From the NCBI GenBank assembly GCA_020628855.1, contig JAHDEL010000006.1, forward strand, positions 5,424 through 69,423: DNA of 64,000 nucleotides, given 5' to 3'. Position numbers and translations under genes: made by a program. The notes beneath the pieces were generated by a model. The model was not told the origin of the DNA. It saw nothing but the letters and a program-made list of their open reading frames with translations, and did not search any database. Shown here piece after piece: positions 49,295-56,982 of the stretch. This stretch comes from Saprospiraceae bacterium. GTDB lineage: Bacteria; Bacteroidota; Bacteroidia; Chitinophagales; Saprospiraceae. Every line of letters starts with the position of its first letter. Position 1 is the stretch's first letter.

Positions 49295-49912
49295 ATGAAA
49301 AAAACAATTCACATCAATCTTGGCGAAGTACCATTTATCATCGACGATGATGCTTACCTTAGATTAGAAGGATATATTGATAGTCTTAATAATATCTTCA
49401 GTAATGACGAAGCAGGAGACGAGATTGTGAAAGATATTGAAGTGAGATTTTCAGAAGTTCTAGAAGAAAAACTTGGAAACAAGAAAGTTGTCACAATTGA
49501 TGACATAGACCACTGTATAGCTACTATTGGCAATCCTGAAACGTTTGAGCAGGATAGATTACAAGAGAATTATGGTAGTAGTACATCTGAGCACTACTCT
49601 AGGAAGAGACTGTACAGAGATAGTGATGATAAGGTCATAGCGGGCGTTTGTAGTGGTCTTTCACATTATTTTGGAATACAAGAGCCAGTATGGGTAAGGA
49701 TAGTGTTTGCTCTCTTATTATTTATGGGATTATCACCGATTATCTATATACTCATGTGGATATTAGTTCCATCTATAAACCTTACAGGTAAGCCACTCGG
49801 TGATGAAACTCTTGGTAATGTTGCTAATACAATGAAAGAAGAAGTGGTAGATGTAAAGAATAACTTTAAGAAGATATTCACCAAAGTGAGTAAGAAGGGA
49901 TATCAGTTATAA
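49295..49912 (+). CDS. PspC domain-containing membrane protein
   Basis: KRLYRDSDDKVIAGVCSGLSHYFGIQEPVWVRIVFALL PspC domain followed by a TM helix. Confidence 0.8.
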   Translation: MKKTIHINLGEVPFIIDDDAYLRLEGYIDSLNNIFSNDEAGDEIVKDIEVRFSEVLEEKLGNKKVVTIDDIDHCIATIGNPETFEQDRLQENYGSSTSEHYSRKRLYRDSDDKVIAGVCSGLSHYFGIQEPVWVRIVFALLLFMGLSPIIYILMWILVPSINLTGKPLGDETLGNVANTMKEEVVDVKNNFKKIFTKVSKKGYQL

Positions 49913-49933
49913 GCAGTTTAGTAGATTTTAGAA

Positions 49934-50006
49934 TAAAGAGTTAGCATAGTTTTTGCTCTACAAATAATTTTAATATGAGCATTCTCTAGGCTAACTCTTT
50001 TTTTTT
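49934..50006 (+). terminator. long-loop hairpin plus T9 tract after the pspC-domain gene
   Basis: AAAGAGTTAGC (49934-49944) pairs with GCTAACTCTTT (49990-50000). The T-run at 49998-50006 runs into the TTG start of the next gene. Confidence 0.4.
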
Positions 50007-50772
50007 GATCAAGCTATCAACAGTCATAATAACACTCAACGAAGCATCTAATATTAAAAGGTGTCTGGAGTCTGTTATTCCAGTTAGTGATGAAGTCATT
50101 GTTGTTGACAGCGAATCTACTGATAGCACAATTGAAATTGCTGCAAATCTTGGAGCAAAGACTCTTATCCAACCATTCTTAGGTCATAAGCAACAGAAGG
50201 CATTTGCTGCCCAACAAGCATCATTCGATTATATCCTTTCGATCGACGCCGATGAGGCCTTAGATTCAGAGTTGCAAAATGCAATAAGGCAGCTAAAAAC
50301 AAACTGGAGCCATGATGTCTATACAGTCAAGAGACTGAATCAATATTGTGGGAAGTGGATTAAATACTCAGGATGGAATAAGGACATCAATACCAGAGTA
50401 TGGAAAAAAGGAAAAGCCAACTGGGGAGGAACAAACCCACACGATAAACTTATACCAATTCCAGATGCTACAAGGGGCAACCTGAAAGGTAACTTACTAC
50501 ACTTTACCTACAACAGTTTAAGCCAACATCTTCAGCAAATAGACTACTTTACTGAGATTGCAGCAAATCAAATGTTTGAGAAACAGAAAAAAGTGTCCGT
50601 TTTGACAGCACTGTGTAAGTCTGTATTTCGGTTTTTTCGAACCTTTATTTTGCAAAGAGGATTTTTGGACGGACATAGAGGCCTCACATTGTGTTATGCA
50701 CAAGCGTTTGAGACTTATATGAAATATGCCAAACTGAAACTACTTCATGAAAAGAATAATAGAAATGAATAG
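50005..50772 (+). CDS. glycosyltransferase family 2 protein
   Basis: VIITLNEASNI, VVDSESTD and the SIDADE DxD motif. TTG is the only start available after the in-frame stop at 49987. Confidence 0.8.
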   Translation: MIKLSTVIITLNEASNIKRCLESVIPVSDEVIVVDSESTDSTIEIAANLGAKTLIQPFLGHKQQKAFAAQQASFDYILSIDADEALDSELQNAIRQLKTNWSHDVYTVKRLNQYCGKWIKYSGWNKDINTRVWKKGKANWGGTNPHDKLIPIPDATRGNLKGNLLHFTYNSLSQHLQQIDYFTEIAANQMFEKQKKVSVLTALCKSVFRFFRTFILQRGFLDGHRGLTLCYAQAFETYMKYAKLKLLHEKNNRNE

Positions 50773-51262
50773 AACAGTCTTACTCGGTCTTCTATTGGTG
50801 GTATTGTTGAGTTGCAAGACTAAGCAACAAATTGTACAGCAAGAACCTATACCAATGTTTGAGATAGATCAGACTACATTGATTCCATTCTATAAGAATG
50901 CTGAACTCTCTCTGATTTTGGAAATGGCCGATGAGCAGGACAAATTAACTTTTGTAGAGGTATATACAGAATGGTGTCTACCTTGTCAAATCATGGATGA
51001 GACCGTGTTCTTGAATAAAGTCCTTTCCGAATATTATAAGGACCACTTTTTAAGCTATAAGCTTAATGCAGAAGAAGGTGAAGGGCCTGACTTGTCATTT
51101 ATATTCCAAGTGCAAGAGTATCCAACGTTTTTGATTCTTGATAAAAATGGGAGAGTGATAGCCAAAGATAAAGGCGGCAAAAGTGTTTCACAAATGATGT
51201 TATTCGCAGAAGAAGCAGTGAAAGCATTTGGTATGAGATCAGAGGAAGACTCAGGCGAGTAA
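50747..51262 (+). CDS. thioredoxin-like fold lipoprotein
   Basis: Lipobox LLSCK and a WCLPC motif. Alternative start at ATG 50765. Confidence 0.65.
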   Translation: MKRIIEMNRTVLLGLLLVVLLSCKTKQQIVQQEPIPMFEIDQTTLIPFYKNAELSLILEMADEQDKLTFVEVYTEWCLPCQIMDETVFLNKVLSEYYKDHFLSYKLNAEEGEGPDLSFIFQVQEYPTFLILDKNGRVIAKDKGGKSVSQMMLFAEEAVKAFGMRSEEDSGE

Positions 51263-51297
51263 AAAAAAATGGCTACATCGTTTTGCAGCCATTTTTT
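51261..51297. terminator. A-tract / hairpin / T-tract (bidirectional-type terminator)
   Basis: A9, then the AATGGCT...AGCCATT stem, then T6. Confidence 0.7.
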
Positions 51298-51298
51298 A

Positions 51299-51316
51299 TA
51301 ATCCCATGAACATATC
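51299..51316 (+). repeat. 18-bp direct repeat, copy 1
   Basis: TAATCCCATGAACATATC, identical to the copy at 51450-51467. Confidence 0.9.
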
Positions 51317-51407
51317 AACTATTATGTTCGATGCATTTAATGCATTAAAAGAAAACCAACTTATATAGAAAAACTCAATCTCAATTTTTGCATTCATGTT
51401 AAAAGTT

Positions 51408-51449
51408 CTTGTTAAAGGCTTGTGGCCTTTGCTACTAGCCTTTAACAAG
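51408..51449. other. perfect 12-bp stem hairpin in a non-coding region
   Basis: CTTGTTAAAGGC (51408-51419) pairs with GCCTTTAACAAG (51438-51449). The loop contains a competing GCCTTT (51425-51430) that can pair with AAAGGC instead. Confidence 0.7.
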
Positions 51450-51467
51450 TAATCCCATGAACATATC
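51450..51467 (+). repeat. 18-bp direct repeat, copy 2
   Basis: TAATCCCATGAACATATC, 151 bp downstream of copy 1 and directly abutting a 12-bp-stem hairpin. Confidence 0.9.
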
Positions 51468-51632
51468 CGAATAAAACAGACTTAAAACCGTAATAAATCT
51501 GCTTATGGATTTTAAAAGCTCTTTTGCTTTCTTATTAATTACACTTCAAAGTTAAGCGCAGAAAGGGCTACTGCCAACGACAAAAAATTGGCATTGTAAC
51601 ATATTTATATCTTTAATATGTAATACGCTCGT

Positions 51633-52769
51633 TTAGTGAGGATTTGTAACGAGTTCGGGATAGAGGTAACTAGTATCAGTGAGAGTATGCATAAAATCAA
51701 TCAATGCTGCCTTGTCATAATCTGACAATCCAAGAGATCTGATATTCTGATCTACATTTGGAGCTGGATGGCCTCCACTATCATAGTGATCCACTACTTC
51801 TTCTAAAGTAGCAAAGCGCCCATCATGCATGTAAGGGGCAGTTAATGCGATGTTACGAAGAGTAGGAGCTTTGAATTTTCCGTTATCAACTGCAAATCCT
51901 GTGACTTTCCCTCTACCTAAATCTACAAGGTTTTCAAAATTTGTTGTTGAATCAAGACCATTGTTGAAGAAATCATCTCCCATAAACAGACCACCATGAT
52001 GGCAGTGACTACATTCTGCATCTATTACATCAGCTGCTCCAGAATCTATAAATAGATCTTCGCCATGAAGCTCTTCATCAGTAAATACATCTGTATTGTC
52101 AAACTTTACAATATTGTATTTAGAGTTTCCTCCACTAATGAGGATTCTTTCGAACTGGGCTATTGCTTTTGTGGCTAGATCAGCAGTGATTTGATTTGCA
52201 TTTTCAATGCCGAATGCTTTTCTGAATAATATTGGATATTCATCATGCTGGGCTAAATCCTGGATTACCTCATCCCACATATGGTGAAGTTCAATTGGGT
52301 CTTCGATTGGAAGAAGCGCCTGTTCTTCTAAAGATTGGACTCTTCCATCCCAAAACAAGCCTCTATAGTTATATCCAATATTTACCAAGGACATGCTACT
52401 TCTCGGTCCTTCTATGCCATCCACACCTGGGCTGAATGCTTTACCATCAGTGAAGGCTAATTCTGGATTATGGCATGAAGCACAACTCATGGTACTATCT
52501 CTAGATAAGATTGGATCATAAAACAGATGTCTTCCAAGGTCTATCCCTTCGACAGTGAGAGGATTGTTTTCTGGTTGTTCGAATATGGGGAAGCCATCTG
52601 GTGAAGAAACTTCAAACGATTCGGGATCAAATGGAATCTCAGTCAATCGCACATCTGTATCTACTCCTGAGTTAGTATCATCTTTACAAGCTTGCAGGCA
52701 GCTAAGCATGCAGAAACAAATGATATGTAACTTATATTTATTCAAATGTAATAGAAGTAGCTCCTTCAA
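51633..52769 (-). CDS. dihaem cytochrome c peroxidase family protein (MauG/MbnH-like)
   Basis: Two haem c sites (CASCH and CSHCH); lipoprotein-type signal (LQACKDD); APYMHDGRF pattern of the CCP/MauG family. Confidence 0.88.
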   Translation of the reverse strand: MKELLLLHLNKYKLHIICFCMLSCLQACKDDTNSGVDTDVRLTEIPFDPESFEVSSPDGFPIFEQPENNPLTVEGIDLGRHLFYDPILSRDSTMSCASCHNPELAFTDGKAFSPGVDGIEGPRSSMSLVNIGYNYRGLFWDGRVQSLEEQALLPIEDPIELHHMWDEVIQDLAQHDEYPILFRKAFGIENANQITADLATKAIAQFERILISGGNSKYNIVKFDNTDVFTDEELHGEDLFIDSGAADVIDAECSHCHHGGLFMGDDFFNNGLDSTTNFENLVDLGRGKVTGFAVDNGKFKAPTLRNIALTAPYMHDGRFATLEEVVDHYDSGGHPAPNVDQNIRSLGLSDYDKAALIDFMHTLTDTSYLYPELVTNPH

Positions 52770-53484
52770 TGTTTTCAGTGATGAATATCAATGGCTCTAA
52801 GTCATTGGGGTCATGATTCGTCGGTTTTTCTCTGATGTCATAATACTCATCACCTTCAATTACAAAGAGCTTTTTATGGTCCAAGTGCAAATTGATTACA
52901 GTATTATCTGCACCAAACATCCATTCTATTGGAATTGAGAAAGTCCTAAAAACTTCATCTTTACCTGGATGGAATAACCAATCAACATCCTGTAGATCAT
53001 CATTAAATAAAGTCCCTTGAAACTTGGAAAAAATATATGAATCCCATGCAGCCCAATAATGACCAGAAAGACTCAAAGGGTTATCTGAAGTGTAATCTTC
53101 AGGTCTTGTGGCATTCAATGTTTCATTGACTCCAATAGAAAAAGTCAATGTCGTATACTCATCCTCAGGAATGTCAGAATAACTTCTTGATATTGGAATG
53201 AGAGCACTTGCATCATCTTTGTTTTGAGCAGAAAAGTCAATGAATTCAAGATCAGTGATTTTTACATTATCACCATCAGCGTTTGTCAGATAACAATCTG
53301 AAAAGTAAAAGTCAGAAACAGAAAAATTGATGTCATCATCACCCGAATATGCATAGTTCTTCAACATAACCAATGGCTCGCCATCATAATTAGCAAAGAA
53401 GTTGATTGTAAGATCAGGATCGGTCTTACAACCTAAACAAGACAACACAATTAGTATTGCTCCAAAGAACTGAAATTGCTTCAT
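52738..53484 (-). CDS. MbnP-like lipoprotein
   Basis: Signal with LGCK. The segments FYFSDCYL, FSIGVNETLN, HYWAAWDSYIFSKFQG and FHPG match my recollection of the MbnP family pattern. 32-nt overlap with the peroxidase ORF. Confidence 0.55.
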   Translation of the reverse strand: MKQFQFFGAILIVLSCLGCKTDPDLTINFFANYDGEPLVMLKNYAYSGDDDINFSVSDFYFSDCYLTNADGDNVKITDLEFIDFSAQNKDDASALIPISRSYSDIPEDEYTTLTFSIGVNETLNATRPEDYTSDNPLSLSGHYWAAWDSYIFSKFQGTLFNDDLQDVDWLFHPGKDEVFRTFSIPIEWMFGADNTVINLHLDHKKLFVIEGDEYYDIREKPTNHDPNDLEPLIFITENIEGATSITFE

Positions 53485-53515
53485 AAATTTTAATTAGAAT
53501 CTACTCAATGTAATC

Positions 53516-54334
53516 TCAATCTATATCAACAATCAAATTTGGCTCAATGTTTTGAAGTAAACTGTCTGCCAAACTTCTAAAATCAGCATTTGTGATATCT
53601 ACTGCATTTATCCATTCAGTTACCATCAGCTTACAATCAAGTGTAGTATTTGCTCCAAAATTGAACATGTCGCCTTGATCAACCTCAATTGATATCCTTT
53701 TTGTAAGGATTTCATTACTTACACAATGAATCGTGTCAATGGCTCCAGGGATTGTATCCAGTCCTAGCCAAGCACCAAAGATTGGAAAATTATCATCAAC
53801 CTCTTCATAAAGAGAGTCGATAGCTACAGCTACTATGGTATTATCTTGCCCAAAAATACTTGTATCTCTTAATGCAGTCGGTATGCCTAAGGTAAATGCA
53901 ATACTATTGTATTCATAGGGTTCGCGATAATTGGAAATAGTGGTAGAACTGATATGTTTGTCATCGAAATTAAAATCGCTAGCAACTAGCATACCATTAA
54001 TGTCAATAGCACTTTTGGTAAGTTCAATTGGTATGCCATTATTCAGCACTTCAAAGTCACTAATGAAGAGATTACTTGCCAATAAAGAGAGATAGGTATC
54101 AGATGCAGAATGGTAGATTGTGTCGCCGAAAGTATAGCGAGAAGAATCTGGACGGCTATATGTTAAGGATAATGCGACTCTCGGTTCAGTGCAACAAAGA
54201 TCCATTTCGCATGGCTCATCAGCAAGCACTGAATAATCAGTTGCCCAGAACTGAAGGCAGCCTTCAGTGGGTTCATAACAGCCTAGAAAAAAACATGTAG
54301 CTACTAGAAGTAGATTAAGTAAGAGATTGTTCAT
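53516..54334 (-). CDS. Cys-rich hypothetical lipoprotein
   Basis: Lipobox FLGCY, then four Cys within 30 residues. The beta-rich body (NLFISDFEVL, AFTLGIP, FGAWLGLD) is loosely reminiscent of the downstream MbnP-like ORF. Confidence 0.5.
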   Translation of the reverse strand: MNNLLLNLLLVATCFFLGCYEPTEGCLQFWATDYSVLADEPCEMDLCCTEPRVALSLTYSRPDSSRYTFGDTIYHSASDTYLSLLASNLFISDFEVLNNGIPIELTKSAIDINGMLVASDFNFDDKHISSTTISNYREPYEYNSIAFTLGIPTALRDTSIFGQDNTIVAVAIDSLYEEVDDNFPIFGAWLGLDTIPGAIDTIHCVSNEILTKRISIEVDQGDMFNFGANTTLDCKLMVTEWINAVDITNADFRSLADSLLQNIEPNLIVDID

Positions 54335-55151
54335 ATTCTTTGACCAACTTTTTGACGATTTGTTTGACTTGAGCAGAAAACTCTTTGTCTAAAATCCATC
54401 CTAAGTATTGTCGGTCTTTGTATAACGTTTCTCCAACGGGTTTTCCTATATATTTTCCAAAGTTAAATACTATTTGGCCTTCACTATCGTACTTGAGCTT
54501 CATTGTCACGTCCACTTGCCGTTCGTTAAATGTGAATGCAGCTAATGCTTTCATGTTATTCACTATTGGAGCTTTGGTAACAAAGTCATCACCATCGATA
54601 TAATCCACGCCATCATACTTTAGCAATTGACCTTTTAGCACATCGACAGTTGCTTTAACATCGGCTAATGCATCGTGTGCATCAGTGAGTTCCTCAGCAC
54701 AAAAATATCGGTATGCAGCCTTCAATGTTCTCGGCTCCATTTTATAGAATATCTTCTGCACATCGACACAGCTCCGACTAGCTACATTCAAATCCAAACC
54801 TATTCTATCAAACTCCTCCATGAGCATCGGAATATCGAATCTATCTGAATTATAGCCAGCTAAATCAGCATCACCAATAAAATGAAAGAGCTGAGTTCCA
54901 ACTTGTGCAAAGGTTGGTTTATTACGAAGCATTTCTGGTGTTATTCCATGTACATCCATTGCCTCTTTAGAAATTGGAATGCCTGGGTTTATTAGCATCT
55001 CCAGCTCTTCGGGCTCTCTGCCATCTTTAAAGTATTTAATTAGGGCAATCTGTACAATTCTATCTCTGAGTACATTGAGACCTGTAGATTCGATATCAAA
55101 AAAGACAATGTCTTTATCGAGATTAAAGTTGACGTTGGCGTATTCCTTCAT
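54315..55151 (-). CDS. DEDDh 3'-5' exonuclease domain protein (DnaQ-like) with C-terminal extension
   Basis: FFDIESTGL (Exo I), AGYNSDRFD (Exo II) and AHDALADV (Exo III, H-x4-D). Confidence 0.85.
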   Translation of the reverse strand: MKEYANVNFNLDKDIVFFDIESTGLNVLRDRIVQIALIKYFKDGREPEELEMLINPGIPISKEAMDVHGITPEMLRNKPTFAQVGTQLFHFIGDADLAGYNSDRFDIPMLMEEFDRIGLDLNVASRSCVDVQKIFYKMEPRTLKAAYRYFCAEELTDAHDALADVKATVDVLKGQLLKYDGVDYIDGDDFVTKAPIVNNMKALAAFTFNERQVDVTMKLKYDSEGQIVFNFGKYIGKPVGETLYKDRQYLGWILDKEFSAQVKQIVKKLVKEYEQSLT

Positions 55152-55993
55152 TAATCATTTGTTTCATAAATCCCTTCTGCCACTGCTTCTTCACTAATTC
55201 CGTGAAGTTGGACAGGATCAGTTTTTCTTAATTTCATATTGAGAAACTCAACACCGAGCGAGAAGGCAATAGCAAAGTATAAATACCCCTTCGGAATTGC
55301 TCCAACCTCACTACCAGCAACAGTCATATGTGCAAGATGGGCGCCTTCTAATATGAGCATAAACCCAATCAAAATCAAGAATGAGAGACCAAGCATTTGA
55401 ATAGTAGGATGCTTGTTAACGAATCTACCCACTGGTACAGCAAACACCATCATTATAATCACTGACAAAACTACTGCAACAATCATTATAAATAATGCTC
55501 CGTGAATACCTGTTGTCATTCCGACTGCTGTCAAAATTGAGTCAAAAGAAAAGACAATGTTAATGAGCGTAATTTGAATAATGGCTTGCCTTAAAGTTGT
55601 ACTCTTTTTACCTCCTTCTCCATGCTCTTCTCCTTCAAGTTTATGATGTATTTCTGTGACTGCTTTATAGAGTAGAAATATACCTCCTGCAGCCAGAATC
55701 AAAGACTGTCCTGTGAAGCCTGCATGTATGCCAAGAAAATCCATGGTGAATAAAGGATCTTTCAAAGCAATGAGAAATGAAATACCAAAGAGCAGTGCAA
55801 TTCTCATAACCATTGCCAATATTAATCCAATATTGGTGGCTTTCTTTTGATCTTCATCTTTCAACTTTGCACTTGCAATGGAGATGAAAATTATATTGTC
55901 AACACCCAAGACTATTTCCAAGAAAGTAAGTGTGAGCAAACTGAGCCAAACTGCCGAGGAGGCAAAGTCTGGCATGTCGAATAGAAAAAACAT
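55151..55993 (-). CDS. terC: TerC family integral membrane protein
   Basis: EIVLGVDNIIFISI and FSFDSILTAVG repeats. Confidence 0.9.
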   Translation of the reverse strand: MFFLFDMPDFASSAVWLSLLTLTFLEIVLGVDNIIFISIASAKLKDEDQKKATNIGLILAMVMRIALLFGISFLIALKDPLFTMDFLGIHAGFTGQSLILAAGGIFLLYKAVTEIHHKLEGEEHGEGGKKSTTLRQAIIQITLINIVFSFDSILTAVGMTTGIHGALFIMIVAVVLSVIIMMVFAVPVGRFVNKHPTIQMLGLSFLILIGFMLILEGAHLAHMTVAGSEVGAIPKGYLYFAIAFSLGVEFLNMKLRKTDPVQLHGISEEAVAEGIYETND

Positions 55994-56041
55994 AGTAAAA
56001 TCTGTTCAGTTTAGATGCTTCAAAGGTAAGCATTACCTCTC

Positions 56042-56980
56042 TTACACTGTCAAATATGGTAATAACTTCTTTAGCTCCTTATCTGAGAAGACTTTGGTGT
56101 GCGCTAGGTTTTCAATTTTGCTGAAAGGGCCATTATTCCTTCTAAAGTTCACAATGATTTTTGCTTGCTTTTTGCTAATGTAGGGGTGTTTGGCAATTTC
56201 GTCTTCTGTTGCAAAATTAAGATTCAACTTTACGGTTGCGGAATTGACCTTGAGATAGGGGTGGATTTGATTGAATGTTTCTGCTGTCAAACCATAGACT
56301 TCTTTTAGTTGATCAGGATTATAGTATCCACCGAGGATATCTCTATATTTTACTATTCTTTGAGAAAGTGTTTCACCGATCCCTTTTAAAGCTATAAGCT
56401 CACTTGCATCTGCCGTATTGATGTCAATCATTTGGATTGGTGGTTTTGACTTTACCTTGTTTTTCTTTTTGGGTTTTGTCAGGTGTTCGTTGATTTTAAC
56501 AAATGGTACTATTTGATCGTAAAGTTTTTCTGAAGTGCCATAGACAGACTTCATGTCCTCTGGTTTGTAAAATTTTCCTCCAGCATTCCTATAATTCATG
56601 AATGTATTGCACCATTTTTCTGGTAGATCCATATCTAACAGACTTTCTAAAGTGACTTGATTAGGATCAAAGACTGACAGATTGAGTGGCTTTGTGAAAG
56701 TCTTCGATTGCTTCATTGTTGCTGTCTTTTGGGATTGATAGGAACGCTCTACTTTTTTGGAAGTTTCAGGTATTGTAGAGCGCGTTTTAGACTTGTCTTT
56801 TGAGTATTCTGATTCTAGCTTGACAAGAATCTCGCTAAGGTCGTATGAGGTATCTTCAGATGTCGAGGGAATTCTTATTATACTTTGAAATATCACATTT
56901 GCCGTAAGGCAGAAAATCATGAGGAACAATATGATTCTTTCTTTCCGATTAAAGTGTAGTAATTTTTCTTTTGAGTTCAT
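56042..56980 (-). CDS. comEA: ComEA-like helix-hairpin-helix DNA-binding protein
   Basis: N-terminal TM helix and repeated HhH units (INTADASELIALKGIGETLSQRIV and LNFATEDEIAKHPYISKKQAKIIV). Confidence 0.72.
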   Translation of the reverse strand: MNSKEKLLHFNRKERIILFLMIFCLTANVIFQSIIRIPSTSEDTSYDLSEILVKLESEYSKDKSKTRSTIPETSKKVERSYQSQKTATMKQSKTFTKPLNLSVFDPNQVTLESLLDMDLPEKWCNTFMNYRNAGGKFYKPEDMKSVYGTSEKLYDQIVPFVKINEHLTKPKKKNKVKSKPPIQMIDINTADASELIALKGIGETLSQRIVKYRDILGGYYNPDQLKEVYGLTAETFNQIHPYLKVNSATVKLNLNFATEDEIAKHPYISKKQAKIIVNFRRNNGPFSKIENLAHTKVFSDKELKKLLPYLTV

Positions 56981-56982
56981 AG

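Noticed and set aside
51320-51345. GTTCGAT segment resembling a tRNA T-loop in the 370-bp gap
   Set aside because: No acceptor, D or anticodon stems can be drawn around it, so it is not a tRNA or a tmRNA end.
55994-56041. Possible yybP-ykoY (Mn) riboswitch upstream of terC
   Set aside because: The gap is only 48 bp, too short for that aptamer. terC appears co-transcribed with comEA.
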